Shown here one piece after another: positions 1 through 8,768 of a stretch of DNA of 20,000 nucleotides. A program made the position numbers and the translations under genes. The stretch comes from an uncultured virus (IMG/VR IMGVR_UViG_3300048029_000465). Lineage: Duplodnaviria; Heunggongvirae; Uroviricota; Caudoviricetes; Demerecviridae. Positions within the stretch are counted from its first letter, which is position 1. Each line of letters opens with the position of its first letter. The notes below the pieces were generated by a model that saw only the letters and a program-made list of their open reading frames with translations, had not been told where the DNA came from and did not search any database. Location: IMG/VR virus record IMGVR_UViG_3300048029_000465. The stretch is one strand, 5' to 3'.

Positions 1-1
1 T

Positions 2-3000
2 TGTTGCATTTACTGGAGTACCCTGTTGGACCTCATCGTTTGGAACAATACGTCCGGGCTTTTCTGGTACGAATAACTCAGGACCTTGCTCTCCTACCAT
101 AAATGCAGTGTTTCCTCCGTTTGCACGATACTTTGCACCTGTAAACGCAGGAGTTGGAGTAAAGTTTTCTGGTCCGCCCGTACCGCGCTCACCCCGCATG
201 TAAGCTAGTTCCCCTGCTCCTCCTTGAGACTTAGCCATATCTACAGAAGATTTTCTTTCCCCTACAGACACGCTTGTAGCGGCACCGTTACCAATGCTGC
301 TTCCGCCTCCTTGGTAGCTCATTCCAGATACAATAGCTAGCTGAGCAGCTCCCAAAGCAGCTATCATTGCTATAAATGGAGGCAAGAAAGGTGTGGGAAC
401 AGTAGCAGCAGCCATTGCTATACCTGCCGCAGTATTCATTACAATCTCTGCCATTTTAAGCTTTTTCGTTATCTCAAAGTCTTTTTTCTTCATTGCTTCT
501 TTTTTCTTTTCTAATTGAGCAATTTTAGATAAAGACTGTTGAGATTTACCATCTCTTTTCTTTTCTGCTTCAATCTCTTTATCTATTGCAGATACTCTTT
601 GATTTGTTTGAGCAGTTAAAAGGGAAGATACGGCTGCAATTCCTTGTGCAGCAGTAGCAAAAGCTGCTCCCATTGCTGCAGCTTTCTCTTCAGGCTTCAT
701 CTTGTTGAAGGCCTCAGATATACTTAAACCTCCCTCAGATATTGCTTTTAGTTTATCAGGGCCTAAAGCTTCTGAAAACACACCAGCCAAATTAAATAAA
801 GCCTGAGAAAGAGAGGCAAGAGACTCTAGTACAGGAGAAAATATTGCTCCCTCAGGTCCTAGACTAGCCATGTCTGCTGCCGCAGAGTTTATGAACTCTT
901 TCATTGCGGATCCCGCAGTTATAAATCCAGCTCTTAAAGCCTCGCCCGTTCTTCTTCCAGCGTCTTCTGCCGCTGTACCTAGCTCGTTGAGTTTTTCAAA
1001 CGCGGCTTCTTCTCCAAAGTTCTCTGCGAACCCTGAAAAATCAAAAGACTCTCGCGCTTTTAGTGCTTTACCGTAGTCCGAGTAAGCGGAGCCTACTTTA
1101 GCTGAGCTTGTTGCAATAGCTCCCTGTAGTCCTGCTTGAGAGGATAAAGTTGAATTAAAAGAAAACCCGTCTTGTAGTTTTTGTGTTTGAGCGTCAATTA
1201 AATCTAGTTGTTTTTGTAGCTCTCTTGTTTTTGCTTTTTGTATCTCTACATCTTTTTCTGAGGTATCTAATCCTGCTTGTATAAGTTTGGCTCTTTCTTC
1301 TTCCAATCTTTTAAGATCTTCTCTTGCAACTTGTAATTCTGTTGTAATTCCTAGCTCTGTAGCCCCTAATAACTTATAATACTCTACTTCTGCTTGAATT
1401 AAAGCTCTTCTTTGCTCAAACCTATAACGATCTGCTTTAATTCCTAACAAAGTAACATTATTATCTATTTCTATTTTTCTTTGTCCTAGAGCCTCGTACT
1501 CAGCAATAATTTCAGCTGCTGTAACACTACCTGCTTGGGCTCTAATTCCTCCAATACCCGCTGCGCTTGCTTCAAGTGCTGAAGCATCATTTTGCAAGGA
1601 TACTGCGTTTCCTAAACCTGGAGGTAGCTTTTTAGCTTCTGCTCTCATTTCTGCTGCTACTCTTTCCATACGTTTTTGTTCGAGTAACAGTTGATTATCA
1701 AGGAGTCTGAATTCTAAAACGAGTCTTTCCGTTGCAAGTCTAGATTTTGTAGCTTCAATATCTTTTTGCTCTTTTGCAGCATTTTTAGCCAGTCTATACT
1801 CATCTATAGGATTCGATGTTTGTCCTCCTCTAGCTCGATCAATATCTAACTGTAACTTTAATAATCTTTGTTGTATTTGGAACTGTCTTTCTACAATAGC
1901 TGCTCGTCTTTTTGCAAAATCTAACTGTCGCTGCGCAGCTTTTATAGATGCGTTTTCAATTCTGAAATTTTCTTCCGCTGTATCTACGAGCTTGTCATTC
2001 AGCTGTCCTATTTCTCTTTTAAGTCTTGCAACTTTCTCCTGTGCATCTGCTCCGCCTTCAAGAATATTTGTATTATCAATTTCTGCTTGCAGTCCTGCAA
2101 TTTTTGCTTTTAAAACTCGTCGTTCAAATTCAATTTGCTGTTGAGTAAGTTCTGCGTTTGCTGCAGATGCTTGACCTATTCTTTTAGATATTTGCTCGTA
2201 CTCTTTTGCATTTAAAACAGTGTTTGCAATAATTGTATTATTTTTATCAAGTAGCTCTCCAACCTGATCTAAGTTTTCTACCCCTGCCCTTTCTATTAAT
2301 TTTACTATGCTTTTACCGGCCTCGTTGTCCTTCAAAAAATCATTTAACTGCTCTTGATCGTCTTTTAATCTATTGACTTCTTTAGCCATAGATTTAACAA
2401 AATCAGTAGCAGTTTGAAATTTTGTAGGTGCTTGCCGTCCAAGCCTTGCAACTTCTGCATTAAACTGGCTTAAAATATCCGTAGCATTGTCTACAGCTTT
2501 TGTAATAGCTAATCTTTGATTACGGGCTGTTCCTAAATCTTTAAGAATCTTATTTACATTTGCTCCAGGCTTCTCCATTTCCTTGAGTGCATCTTTAAGA
2601 AGACTAAGCTCTCCTGCAAAATTTTCTGCCCCGTCCGGAGCAGTCTCTAAACGATTAATAGCTGTTTCTAGTGTTCGTATGCCTTTAGCTGCACTAACTT
2701 CTGCTGCCCCTGCTATTCCTTCCGATACTCTCAGTCCAAAAGTTTCTGCTCTTTTTCCAAACTGTTCCGCTTTTTCAGTGTAGTGCTCTAATTCTCTAGA
2801 AAGCCTTCTGTATGTACCACTAGCTTTTAAAGCTTGAGGATTCCCTTTGTATCGAGCCTCCATGTCATTTAGCTTTTTTTGAGCCTCCGCAGCTTCGTCT
2901 GAGTACTGTTTTTGTAGGCGCCGGAACTTTAAGCGAGCTTTAATACTCGAGTCAAAGTCCTCTTGGGCTTCAGCAAGTTGAGCGTCTGAAAGAGCGCGGA

Positions 3001-4813
3001 AAGCCGCTATTGTTTGATCAATAATGCCTGCACCGGCTTTCATAGTTAAAAAGTTTTTTTCACCCTCTGTACGAGCAAGCGCTAAATTTCGAGAGAGTTC
3101 TAAACTTATTTCAGAAAAAGATTTGAAACCTTTAGTAGCTTCGTCAACCGGATCAGTTTTTCCGAACCCAAGAATATCCGCCAGGTACGGTCCAATAATA
3201 GATATTACAAAGAGAAGTTGCCCAAGTACTGGAATAGCATTAAGAAGAGCTGCCCCAAACACACGCGCCGCCCCTGCTGCTCCTGTAAGTCCTGCACGAA
3301 AAGTAGCTATACGAGCTGCCCCAGCAGAAAGAGTAGTGTTATTTTTTTCTGCGGTTTTTTGGAAGGCTTTGAATTCATTTCCTGCATTTTTAAGAGCTAC
3401 TTTTAACCCTCCGTAGGCACCTTGGTTTTCGATAACACCAATTGCATTTGCCGTACGTCGACCCGTCTGAGAACGTGCACGAGATACTGCACCTCCCATG
3501 TTAACGGTTGCTCTAGTGGATTCTGCAGCAATTAACTTTTCTGTTTCTAGGCGCAATGCTCGAATATCTGCTAGCTCTTTTTGTTTTGCAGCGGAAGCTT
3601 GTGCACCTTGATTTTTAAGAGCCGCGGCTCGAAGTGCTTCTGATTTTTTAAGATTATTAAGTAGTTTAGTGAGCTCTCGAACACTCATTTTACCGGCTTC
3701 GAGTTTTGGGAGTCCTGCGGAAAATGAAGCAGGAAGAGCTTTTCCAGCTACTCCAGCGAGCCTAACTACTTCTGCTTGCTGTTTCACATAAGCCGCACTA
3801 ATTACTTTACCAGAACGCTTTGCAGCAGCTGCAGCAGATATATGAATTGCTGCTGCTTTTTCCGCCATTCCTGTTAATGCTGGAAAAAGCGCTCGAGTAA
3901 TGCTAGCAGTAAATGCTGTTAGTGCTCCGAACAAAGCAAAAGTATTTTGAGATAAAAACTCGGCAAAAGGCCCTAAAAATGTATTTACTCCCGTAAGAAT
4001 ACTTTTAGCTAGATCATTAAATGCGGCAGCTAGTTTTTCATAAGGATTAGTATCTAGTCTATTTGCTAAAGCGCCGTACTTTTTCTCTCCTTGCTCAATG
4101 GTTGCATTTAAAAACGCTTGCTGTCTTTCAAATGTAGTTAAGTCTCCTGCAACTTTACCGACAGAGGCAGCGTACTTTTCAGTAGCATCGTCAAGACGTA
4201 CAATAATACCTAATTCGTCTAGAATTTCTGGTTCAAGCTTTGCAGTACCACGCACTAAACGATCAAGAGCGTCCCCAAGGTCTCTTCCAAGAGCTACTGA
4301 AGCTCCTTTTGCCACTTTTGTTAAAGACTTTAATTGATCTGTAGAAAACCCCGAAGTTGTTGCTACAGCGGTTGCTCTTAGTGCTTGTTCAGCAGAAAGA
4401 GCTCCATTAGTAATGTTTTTTAGCTGATTTGCTACATAAGGAAGATTTTGTCCTGCTTGTGAGCCCACCAACTTAAGACCGTTTGCTAATTGTTCAAAAG
4501 CGGCTGCTCTGCTGAGAGCGTTAAGAGCTGCTGTAAGGGCAAAAGCGTTAGCTGCTAAGGTTGCATAAGCAGCAACCAGACCACTGCTTCCACCCATAGT
4601 CTGGTTCATCTTTGAGAAATTTTTAGTCGCGTTAGCACCTAGACCGGCAGCTCCTTTCTCGGCTTTATTATACCGATTACGAGAGTTGGTAAGATCGTCA
4701 GTAGATTTGCCAAGCTTTTTTGTAGATTTGCTTGCAGCTTCTGCTTCTTTTTGGACCGCTTTTAGAGTTCCGTCTTTCTGTACTCTAAACTTAATAATTA
4801 TGTCGTTGGCCAC
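2..4813 (-). CDS. Tape measure protein (T5 pb2-like), 3'-truncated by the window edge, >1604 aa
   Basis: Both ends translated by hand: GTG at 4813 gives MANDIIIKFRVQKDGTLKAVQKEAEAASK...GLVAAYATLAANAFALTAALNAL, and the window edge reads in the same frame ...GAKYRANGGNTAFMVGEQGPELFVPEKPGRIVPN. It is missing from the ORF track, consistent with no stop inside the window. Ala/Lys/Glu-rich helical composition, hydrophobic segments, and position right after the tail chaperones. Confidence 0.92.
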   Translation of the reverse strand, partial: MANDIIIKFRVQKDGTLKAVQKEAEAASKSTKKLGKSTDDLTNSRNRYNKAEKGAAGLGANATKNFSKMNQTMGGSSGLVAAYATLAANAFALTAALNALSRAAAFEQLANGLKLVGSQAGQNLPYVANQLKNITNGALSAEQALRATAVATTSGFSTDQLKSLTKVAKGASVALGRDLGDALDRLVRGTAKLEPEILDELGIIVRLDDATEKYAASVGKVAGDLTTFERQQAFLNATIEQGEKKYGALANRLDTNPYEKLAAAFNDLAKSILTGVNTFLGPFAEFLSQNTFALFGALTAFTASITRALFPALTGMAEKAAAIHISAAAAAKRSGKVISAAYVKQQAEVVRLAGVAGKALPASFSAGLPKLEAGKMSVRELTKLLNNLKKSEALRAAALKNQGAQASAAKQKELADIRALRLETEKLIAAESTRATVNMGGAVSRARSQTGRRTANAIGVIENQGAYGGLKVALKNAGNEFKAFQKTAEKNNTTLSAGAARIATFRAGLTGAAGAARVFGAALLNAIPVLGQLLFVISIIGPYLADILGFGKTDPVDEATKGFKSFSEISLELSRNLALARTEGEKNFLTMKAGAGIIDQTIAAFRALSDAQLAEAQEDFDSSIKARLKFRRLQKQYSDEAAEAQKKLNDMEARYKGNPQALKASGTYRRLSRELEHYTEKAEQFGKRAETFGLRVSEGIAGAAEVSAAKGIRTLETAINRLETAPDGAENFAGELSLLKDALKEMEKPGANVNKILKDLGTARNQRLAITKAVDNATDILSQFNAEVARLGRQAPTKFQTATDFVKSMAKEVNRLKDDQEQLNDFLKDNEAGKSIVKLIERAGVENLDQVGELLDKNNTIIANTVLNAKEYEQISKRIGQASAANAELTQQQIEFERRVLKAKIAGLQAEIDNTNILEGGADAQEKVARLKREIGQLNDKLVDTAEENFRIENASIKAAQRQLDFAKRRAAIVERQFQIQQRLLKLQLDIDRARGGQTSNPIDEYRLAKNAAKEQKDIEATKSRLATERLVLEFRLLDNQLLLEQKRMERVAAEMRAEAKKLPPGLGNAVSLQNDASALEASAAGIGGIRAQAGSVTAAEIIAEYEALGQRKIEIDNNVTLLGIKADRYRFEQRRALIQAEVEYYKLLGATELGITTELQVAREDLKRLEEERAKLIQAGLDTSEKDVEIQKAKTRELQKQLDLIDAQTQKLQDGFSFNSTLSSQAGLQGAIATSSAKVGSAYSDYGKALKARESFDFSGFAENFGEEAAFEKLNELGTAAEDAGRRTGEALRAGFITAGSAMKEFINSAAADMASLGPEGAIFSPVLESLASLSQALFNLAGVFSEALGPDKLKAISEGGLSISEAFNKMKPEEKAAAMGAAFATAAQGIAAVSSLLTAQTNQRVSAIDKEIEAEKKRDGKSQQSLSKIAQLEKKKEAMKKKDFEITKKLKMAEIVMNTAAGIAMAAATVPTPFLPPFIAMIAALGAAQLAIVSGMSYQGGGSSIGNGAATSVSVGERKSSVDMAKSQGGAGELAYMRGERGTGGPENFTPTPAFTGAKYRANGGNTAFMVGEQGPELFVPEKPGRIVPNDEVQQGTPVNAT

Positions 4814-5132
4814 TAGAGTTTCTCTTAGCTTTATCCATCGCTTGCTTTAATTGCTCCGATGATTTTTTGACAGCTCTTGAGTCTAACCAATTTAAAATTT
4901 GAAGAAAAAAGTCTTTATCTTCAATTTCATAAATTTCTATGTAGTAACGTAGATTTGTATAATCTTTTCCTACATATCCTATGTCAGGGTAGACTCTGTC
5001 GCCTAACATATTGAAAGTAGCTATTGCTACTTGTACTATTTCTGGAAAATCATCTAAATCCGGAGGTATTTCTTCCGGTATGGGGTCTCTACCTAGCTGT
5101 TCCATCATGTCTAAGTAGCGATCCTGCGTCAT
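4791..5132 (-). CDS. Tail assembly chaperone, C-terminal (T-like) ORF; probably expressed as a frameshift fusion with 5140..5592
   Basis: 113-aa ORF between the G-like chaperone and the tape measure gene. Its frame stays open upstream to 5207 and encodes a plausible helix there (VQDQKDQALQRLEKLYQNLDTG). Confidence 0.8.
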   Translation of the reverse strand: MTQDRYLDMMEQLGRDPIPEEIPPDLDDFPEIVQVAIATFNMLGDRVYPDIGYVGKDYTNLRYYIEIYEIEDKDFFLQILNWLDSRAVKKSSEQLKQAMDKAKRNSSGQRHNY

Positions 5133-5139
5133 TCCTGTA

Positions 5140-5592
5140 TCAAGATTCTGGTAAAGCTTCTCCAGCCTCTGAAGGGCTTGGTCCTTCTGATCCTGAACGA
5201 AAGTTGTCTAGATCGAAAACAATTTCATTGAGCCAAGTATCAAACTCTGTAGAGTTTGAGACTAGTACTTCTGCATTTTCATCAGAGTACTCAACTTCTT
5301 TGCTAGGATCTTCTCCTTCTGCGTCGATTAGAATTAAAGTTTCAAGATGCTTAAGAGTTAAGCCCTTCCAGTTTTTCACTGTACCTTTGGTGAATTCTTT
5401 TACAAACTTTTCTTCGTCCAGCTCTTCAAGTAGTTGCCTACTTTTACGATCAAACTTTTGCGTAATGCATTTTTTACGCATCGCTGTAAGTTCTTTTCTT
5501 GATAGGTTGGCCACCTCGACTTCGAATCCGGGGCATCCAGGAAAATCCATCCATACAGATTTACTATCTACCATTAGTTTTTTTAGTTGCAT
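5140..5592 (-). CDS. Tail assembly chaperone (G-like; T5 p139 position)
   Basis: 150-aa acidic protein with SD AAGGAG upstream. VKNWKGLT...Y...NA..L...F..W motif pattern typical of tail chaperones; synteny. Confidence 0.82.
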   Translation of the reverse strand: MQLKKLMVDSKSVWMDFPGCPGFEVEVANLSRKELTAMRKKCITQKFDRKSRQLLEELDEEKFVKEFTKGTVKNWKGLTLKHLETLILIDAEGEDPSKEVEYSDENAEVLVSNSTEFDTWLNEIVFDLDNFRSGSEGPSPSEAGEALPES

Positions 5593-5604
5593 TTAATGCG
5601 CTCC

Positions 5605-7182
5605 TTAAAGTGTGTTATAGTTAATAAGTGTTGATAAAGTGCCATTACTTGTAAGTCTCCAGTCAAAATGCTCCGTAAATACTGTATCAGGAGTCATTCT
5701 TGAGGTAAAAGAACAGGTATCCATATTAAAATTAATGCCATAAAAAGAACCATTAATTGTTTCGCCCATCTTTATTAGCAAGGGTGCACTTGTATCAAAG
5801 TTTAAAAATTTTGTTCGTGAGCCATCTTTTAAATATCTTCCTATGCTTCCTGCAAAAGTTTTCTTAGAAACTGTAAATCCGGAAGGGTACATTGCACTTC
5901 CTCTATCAGAGGCATTTATTCCACCATGAACCGTTTCGTACTTATTCCATGCTACATCATTTTCTAGTTCAGCGGACACAGTAAATACTTCCGTAGAAAT
6001 ATTCTCAGAATCTAAAGTTATAGTATTATCTAGGGGTTGAAGATACCGACGAGAAGAGGCTCTTGTATAATTACCTCCAGGAACGGCAAACTCTTGACTG
6101 CCTATCCTAGTTAGCTTTTCCGCTTGCCCAGAGAGTGATAACCTTAGTTCTGTAGATCGCTCGATTACAAAAGAACCATTAGTAAAAACACAATTATCTA
6201 GGTGAAACGTACTTTCGTCTGATTGTATGTATAAATCAAAAGTTGCACAATCTAGTAATCTAGAGAATGCAATTTTATTATCGTTTTCTTGCAAAAGCGG
6301 CGTTGTAAAAGTAAAATCAGCCGGATTTGCTTTTACAATAGTTGAAGCTTCAAAAAAATCTTCGCTGTGCAAGGTTTTAACCGAAGTTGTTGCCTCAGAA
6401 AAAGTTTGCCCAAAACTTAAGTCTTGTAAAACATCTAATTCGTACCCCGCATCTGCGGTGTTTAAGTATACAGCAGTTATTTCTGCTTGCGTTAGTTCTC
6501 TGTTCCAAAGACGAAGGTCTGATACGTGACCTTTAAATCCATTGTTTCCTTGTAGGCCGTCGTCCTCTACATTACCGCATACAGCCAGTCCTCCGGGAGT
6601 AGGGTTTGCGTCACTTCTAGTATAGTTTTCTGTTCCTTTTGATACTCCATTTACAAAAGCTTCTATACGAGTACCATCAAAAGTAAGTAATAAATGATTC
6701 CATTGATTGGGCGTTGTAATACCTAAATCTTCGTTTCCAGGCTCTCCAAATAGAAGTAGTGGATTATTTGCGTTACTTTGATTTATACGAACACCAAAAC
6801 TTTCACTTAAATCTCTACTAACTATTCTATTTTGGTCTCCTCCTGCAGAAGTTGTTTCGCTTTTAAACCATATAGAAAGAGTCCACTCATCATTTTCATC
6901 TTCCCAAGCATTTGCTTCTTCTCTACTTAAAACTAAAACACTAGCAGTGTTAGTAGTCGTTTGAAAACCTTTTCCGGTAGGACTTAATACTCCTGTAGTT
7001 ATCTGCCCAGAATTTATTGTATCTGTTGTATTTCCCCCGGATACTTTGTCTACTAATCCATCTGTTAAGTTTTCTAGGGTAAAGTGATGCACAAGCCCCG
7101 AAGTTGGATAGTTAGCTATGCTACTAGAACTTGGACCATTCATTACTAAGTAAACTTTACTGTTTCTTTTAAAATTTGTCAT
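5605..7182 (-). CDS. Baseplate tube / minor tail protein (T5 p140-like) with inserted LamG/concanavalin-like domain
   Basis: Start moved from TTG 7206 to ATG 7182, because GGAG lies 5 nt upstream and 7206 falls in the -10 box. N-terminus (NFKRNSKVYLV) and LSFGQTFSE resemble the tail tube paralog (HFSRNTRVY; FSFSQATN). Internal LamG-like motifs WTLSIWFK, NQWNHLLLTFDG, AFVNG, FKGHVSDLRLWNRELT. Confidence 0.78.
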   Translation of the reverse strand: MTNFKRNSKVYLVMNGPSSSSIANYPTSGLVHHFTLENLTDGLVDKVSGGNTTDTINSGQITTGVLSPTGKGFQTTTNTASVLVLSREEANAWEDENDEWTLSIWFKSETTSAGGDQNRIVSRDLSESFGVRINQSNANNPLLLFGEPGNEDLGITTPNQWNHLLLTFDGTRIEAFVNGVSKGTENYTRSDANPTPGGLAVCGNVEDDGLQGNNGFKGHVSDLRLWNRELTQAEITAVYLNTADAGYELDVLQDLSFGQTFSEATTSVKTLHSEDFFEASTIVKANPADFTFTTPLLQENDNKIAFSRLLDCATFDLYIQSDESTFHLDNCVFTNGSFVIERSTELRLSLSGQAEKLTRIGSQEFAVPGGNYTRASSRRYLQPLDNTITLDSENISTEVFTVSAELENDVAWNKYETVHGGINASDRGSAMYPSGFTVSKKTFAGSIGRYLKDGSRTKFLNFDTSAPLLIKMGETINGSFYGINFNMDTCSFTSRMTPDTVFTEHFDWRLTSNGTLSTLINYNTL

Positions 7183-7205
7183 AGTAGCTCCAACATTTAT
7201 AGACA

Positions 7206-7247
7206 AGTATACTGCACCAAGGATGCTTTGTCAAGAATTATTTTTTG
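7206..7247 (-). promoter_or_regulatory. Sigma70-type promoter with A-tract UP element
   Basis: Minus strand CAAAAAATAATTC-TTGACA(7234-7229)-17 nt-TATACT(7211-7206), just downstream of the tail-tube terminator. Confidence 0.88.
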
Positions 7248-7255
7248 AAGGTAAG

Positions 7256-7277
7256 AAAAAAGGGGCCGGAGCCCCTT
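7256..7277 (-). terminator. Intrinsic terminator after tail tube gene
   Basis: Minus strand AAGGGGC-TCCG-GCCCCTT followed by a T-run, about 30 nt after the stop at 7306. Confidence 0.88.
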
Positions 7278-7305
7278 CTGCTGTAAATAGTGCTAAATAT
7301 TACGG

Positions 7306-8706
7306 CTATACTTCGTCTAGTGTGATAGTATCGCTATCAGTAACACTTCCTGATGTAGCAGTAGTTACTGTAGAAGCTACCGTAATAGTTCCATCTTCTG
7401 CGGTATCTGCCGCTAAAGCGATAATGTCTGTTGCGTTGACTGTAACTACTGCACTGTTTGATAGAGCAGTTGTTGCAAAATACCTAGTAACATTTCCATT
7501 ACCACTAGTAAGGTTAACATTAACTGTTTCACCATTTGCATTGGCTGTAGTTACTGTAACTGTAAGATTTCCTGGAGAGGCTGCGTCACTAATTGTTGTA
7601 TAGCTTAACGCATTACTCACAGTTGGAGCATTTCCTGTCTGAACACCTGTGTAAGCAACTGTTGCTTCATCTGTTCCATCAATTGTTGAGGGTAGCGCAT
7701 GGAAATTAATTTCCATAGAAACAACGTCTTCAATTGAGTGAGTGGGAATTTCTAAATGAGCCGTAGGAATATCTACAAGCAGTTTAGGCGCTGAGCCCCC
7801 TCCAATGTTAAATGCTAAATCAAAAGAGTTAGTAATTGTAGTGGTTGCACTAATTAAATCCTCAAATAGTTTTTTGCTTTTATCCCCTGCAGTATCTAAA
7901 TAACAAGTCATACTGCCTGAAATAGAGCGAGTGCCAGTAACATGAGCTAAAGGTTGGTTAACTATTCCAAGAGTCTCTGGAGTTAAGAAAGTAATATTAT
8001 TTGAGAAAGTAATACTTCCGCCAGTTAGTGTAAGCCCATAAGTTGTTTGAGTGGGGGTAGTACCTACTACTCCTACGGTACTAATACGATTACGAATAAA
8101 GTTGCTAGTAGAATTAATTGCGCGATCAAGAGCACCTGCTCCATTAAAACTATTTTCTTCAGTAATAATCTTACCAAAGCCAGACCAGTTAAGAGTTGCA
8201 ATTCCGTCAATTTCAAAGTCAATACCCACTTCGTTAGATACACAACCTTCAATTTTGTAAATAGTTACATCAGTGCCGGTACCATCAAAATTAGCATCAT
8301 TATCTCTTTGTGCTCCAAGAACAAAGAATAAATCAAAAGTACCAAGAGCTGCTTTATTTGAGTCATCAAAATCAAAAGTTGTTGTACCTGAGGAAACAGT
8401 TACGCCATTGCTCCAAGTTCCGCTATATGAGTTAGCGGCTACAAAATTTGCCCAAAGGGCTTCTTCAGCACACGTTCCATAGTTTGGACGTGCATATGTA
8501 GAAAAAGACCATTCTGCAGGTGCGTAAGAGTCGTTAAACATTTGACGAGCTCGTCGGCTTCCTGAAGATGATTCCATTTCATTCAAAGTAATTTCAGAAG
8601 CATTTGTAGCTTGCGAAAAAGAAAACCCATCTAGTATTGGAAGTTCCCACACATTGTTACCTTGCTTGCAATATACTCTAGTATTGCGGCTAAAATGTAA
8701 TGCCAT
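7306..8706 (-). CDS. Major tail tube protein (T5 pb6-like) with C-terminal Ig-like extension
   Basis: 466 aa, SD AGGAG. Motifs ILDGFSFSQ, FNDSYAPAEWSFSTY, FEIDGIATLNWSG, GGSITFSNNITFLTPE, TGTRSISGSMTCYL, AHLEIP; Thr/Val/Ala-rich beta C-terminus; followed by a terminator. Confidence 0.9.
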   Translation of the reverse strand: MALHFSRNTRVYCKQGNNVWELPILDGFSFSQATNASEITLNEMESSSGSRRARQMFNDSYAPAEWSFSTYARPNYGTCAEEALWANFVAANSYSGTWSNGVTVSSGTTTFDFDDSNKAALGTFDLFFVLGAQRDNDANFDGTGTDVTIYKIEGCVSNEVGIDFEIDGIATLNWSGFGKIITEENSFNGAGALDRAINSTSNFIRNRISTVGVVGTTPTQTTYGLTLTGGSITFSNNITFLTPETLGIVNQPLAHVTGTRSISGSMTCYLDTAGDKSKKLFEDLISATTTITNSFDLAFNIGGGSAPKLLVDIPTAHLEIPTHSIEDVVSMEINFHALPSTIDGTDEATVAYTGVQTGNAPTVSNALSYTTISDAASPGNLTVTVTTANANGETVNVNLTSGNGNVTRYFATTALSNSAVVTVNATDIIALAADTAEDGTITVASTVTTATSGSVTDSDTITLDEV

Positions 8707-8768
8707 AGTTTATCTCCTATGTATATTGAAAGGACTAGGACGTGAACGTTTGTTCTTGCCAGTCGTTT

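Noticed and set aside
870..4337. Plus-strand ORFs at 870, 2583, 3024, 3218 and 4098
   Set aside because: Antisense shadows of the tape measure gene, with Ser/Ala/Phe-rich composition typical of reverse-frame translation.
5140..5230. Canonical -1 (X XXY YYZ) or Mu-type -2 frameshift in the tail chaperone
   Set aside because: The downstream ORF is in the +1 frame, and no slippery heptamer or G-run lies in the 5207-5140 overlap.
7183..7206. ORF-track TTG start at 7206
   Set aside because: It overlaps the -10 hexamer; ATG 7182 has a proper SD.
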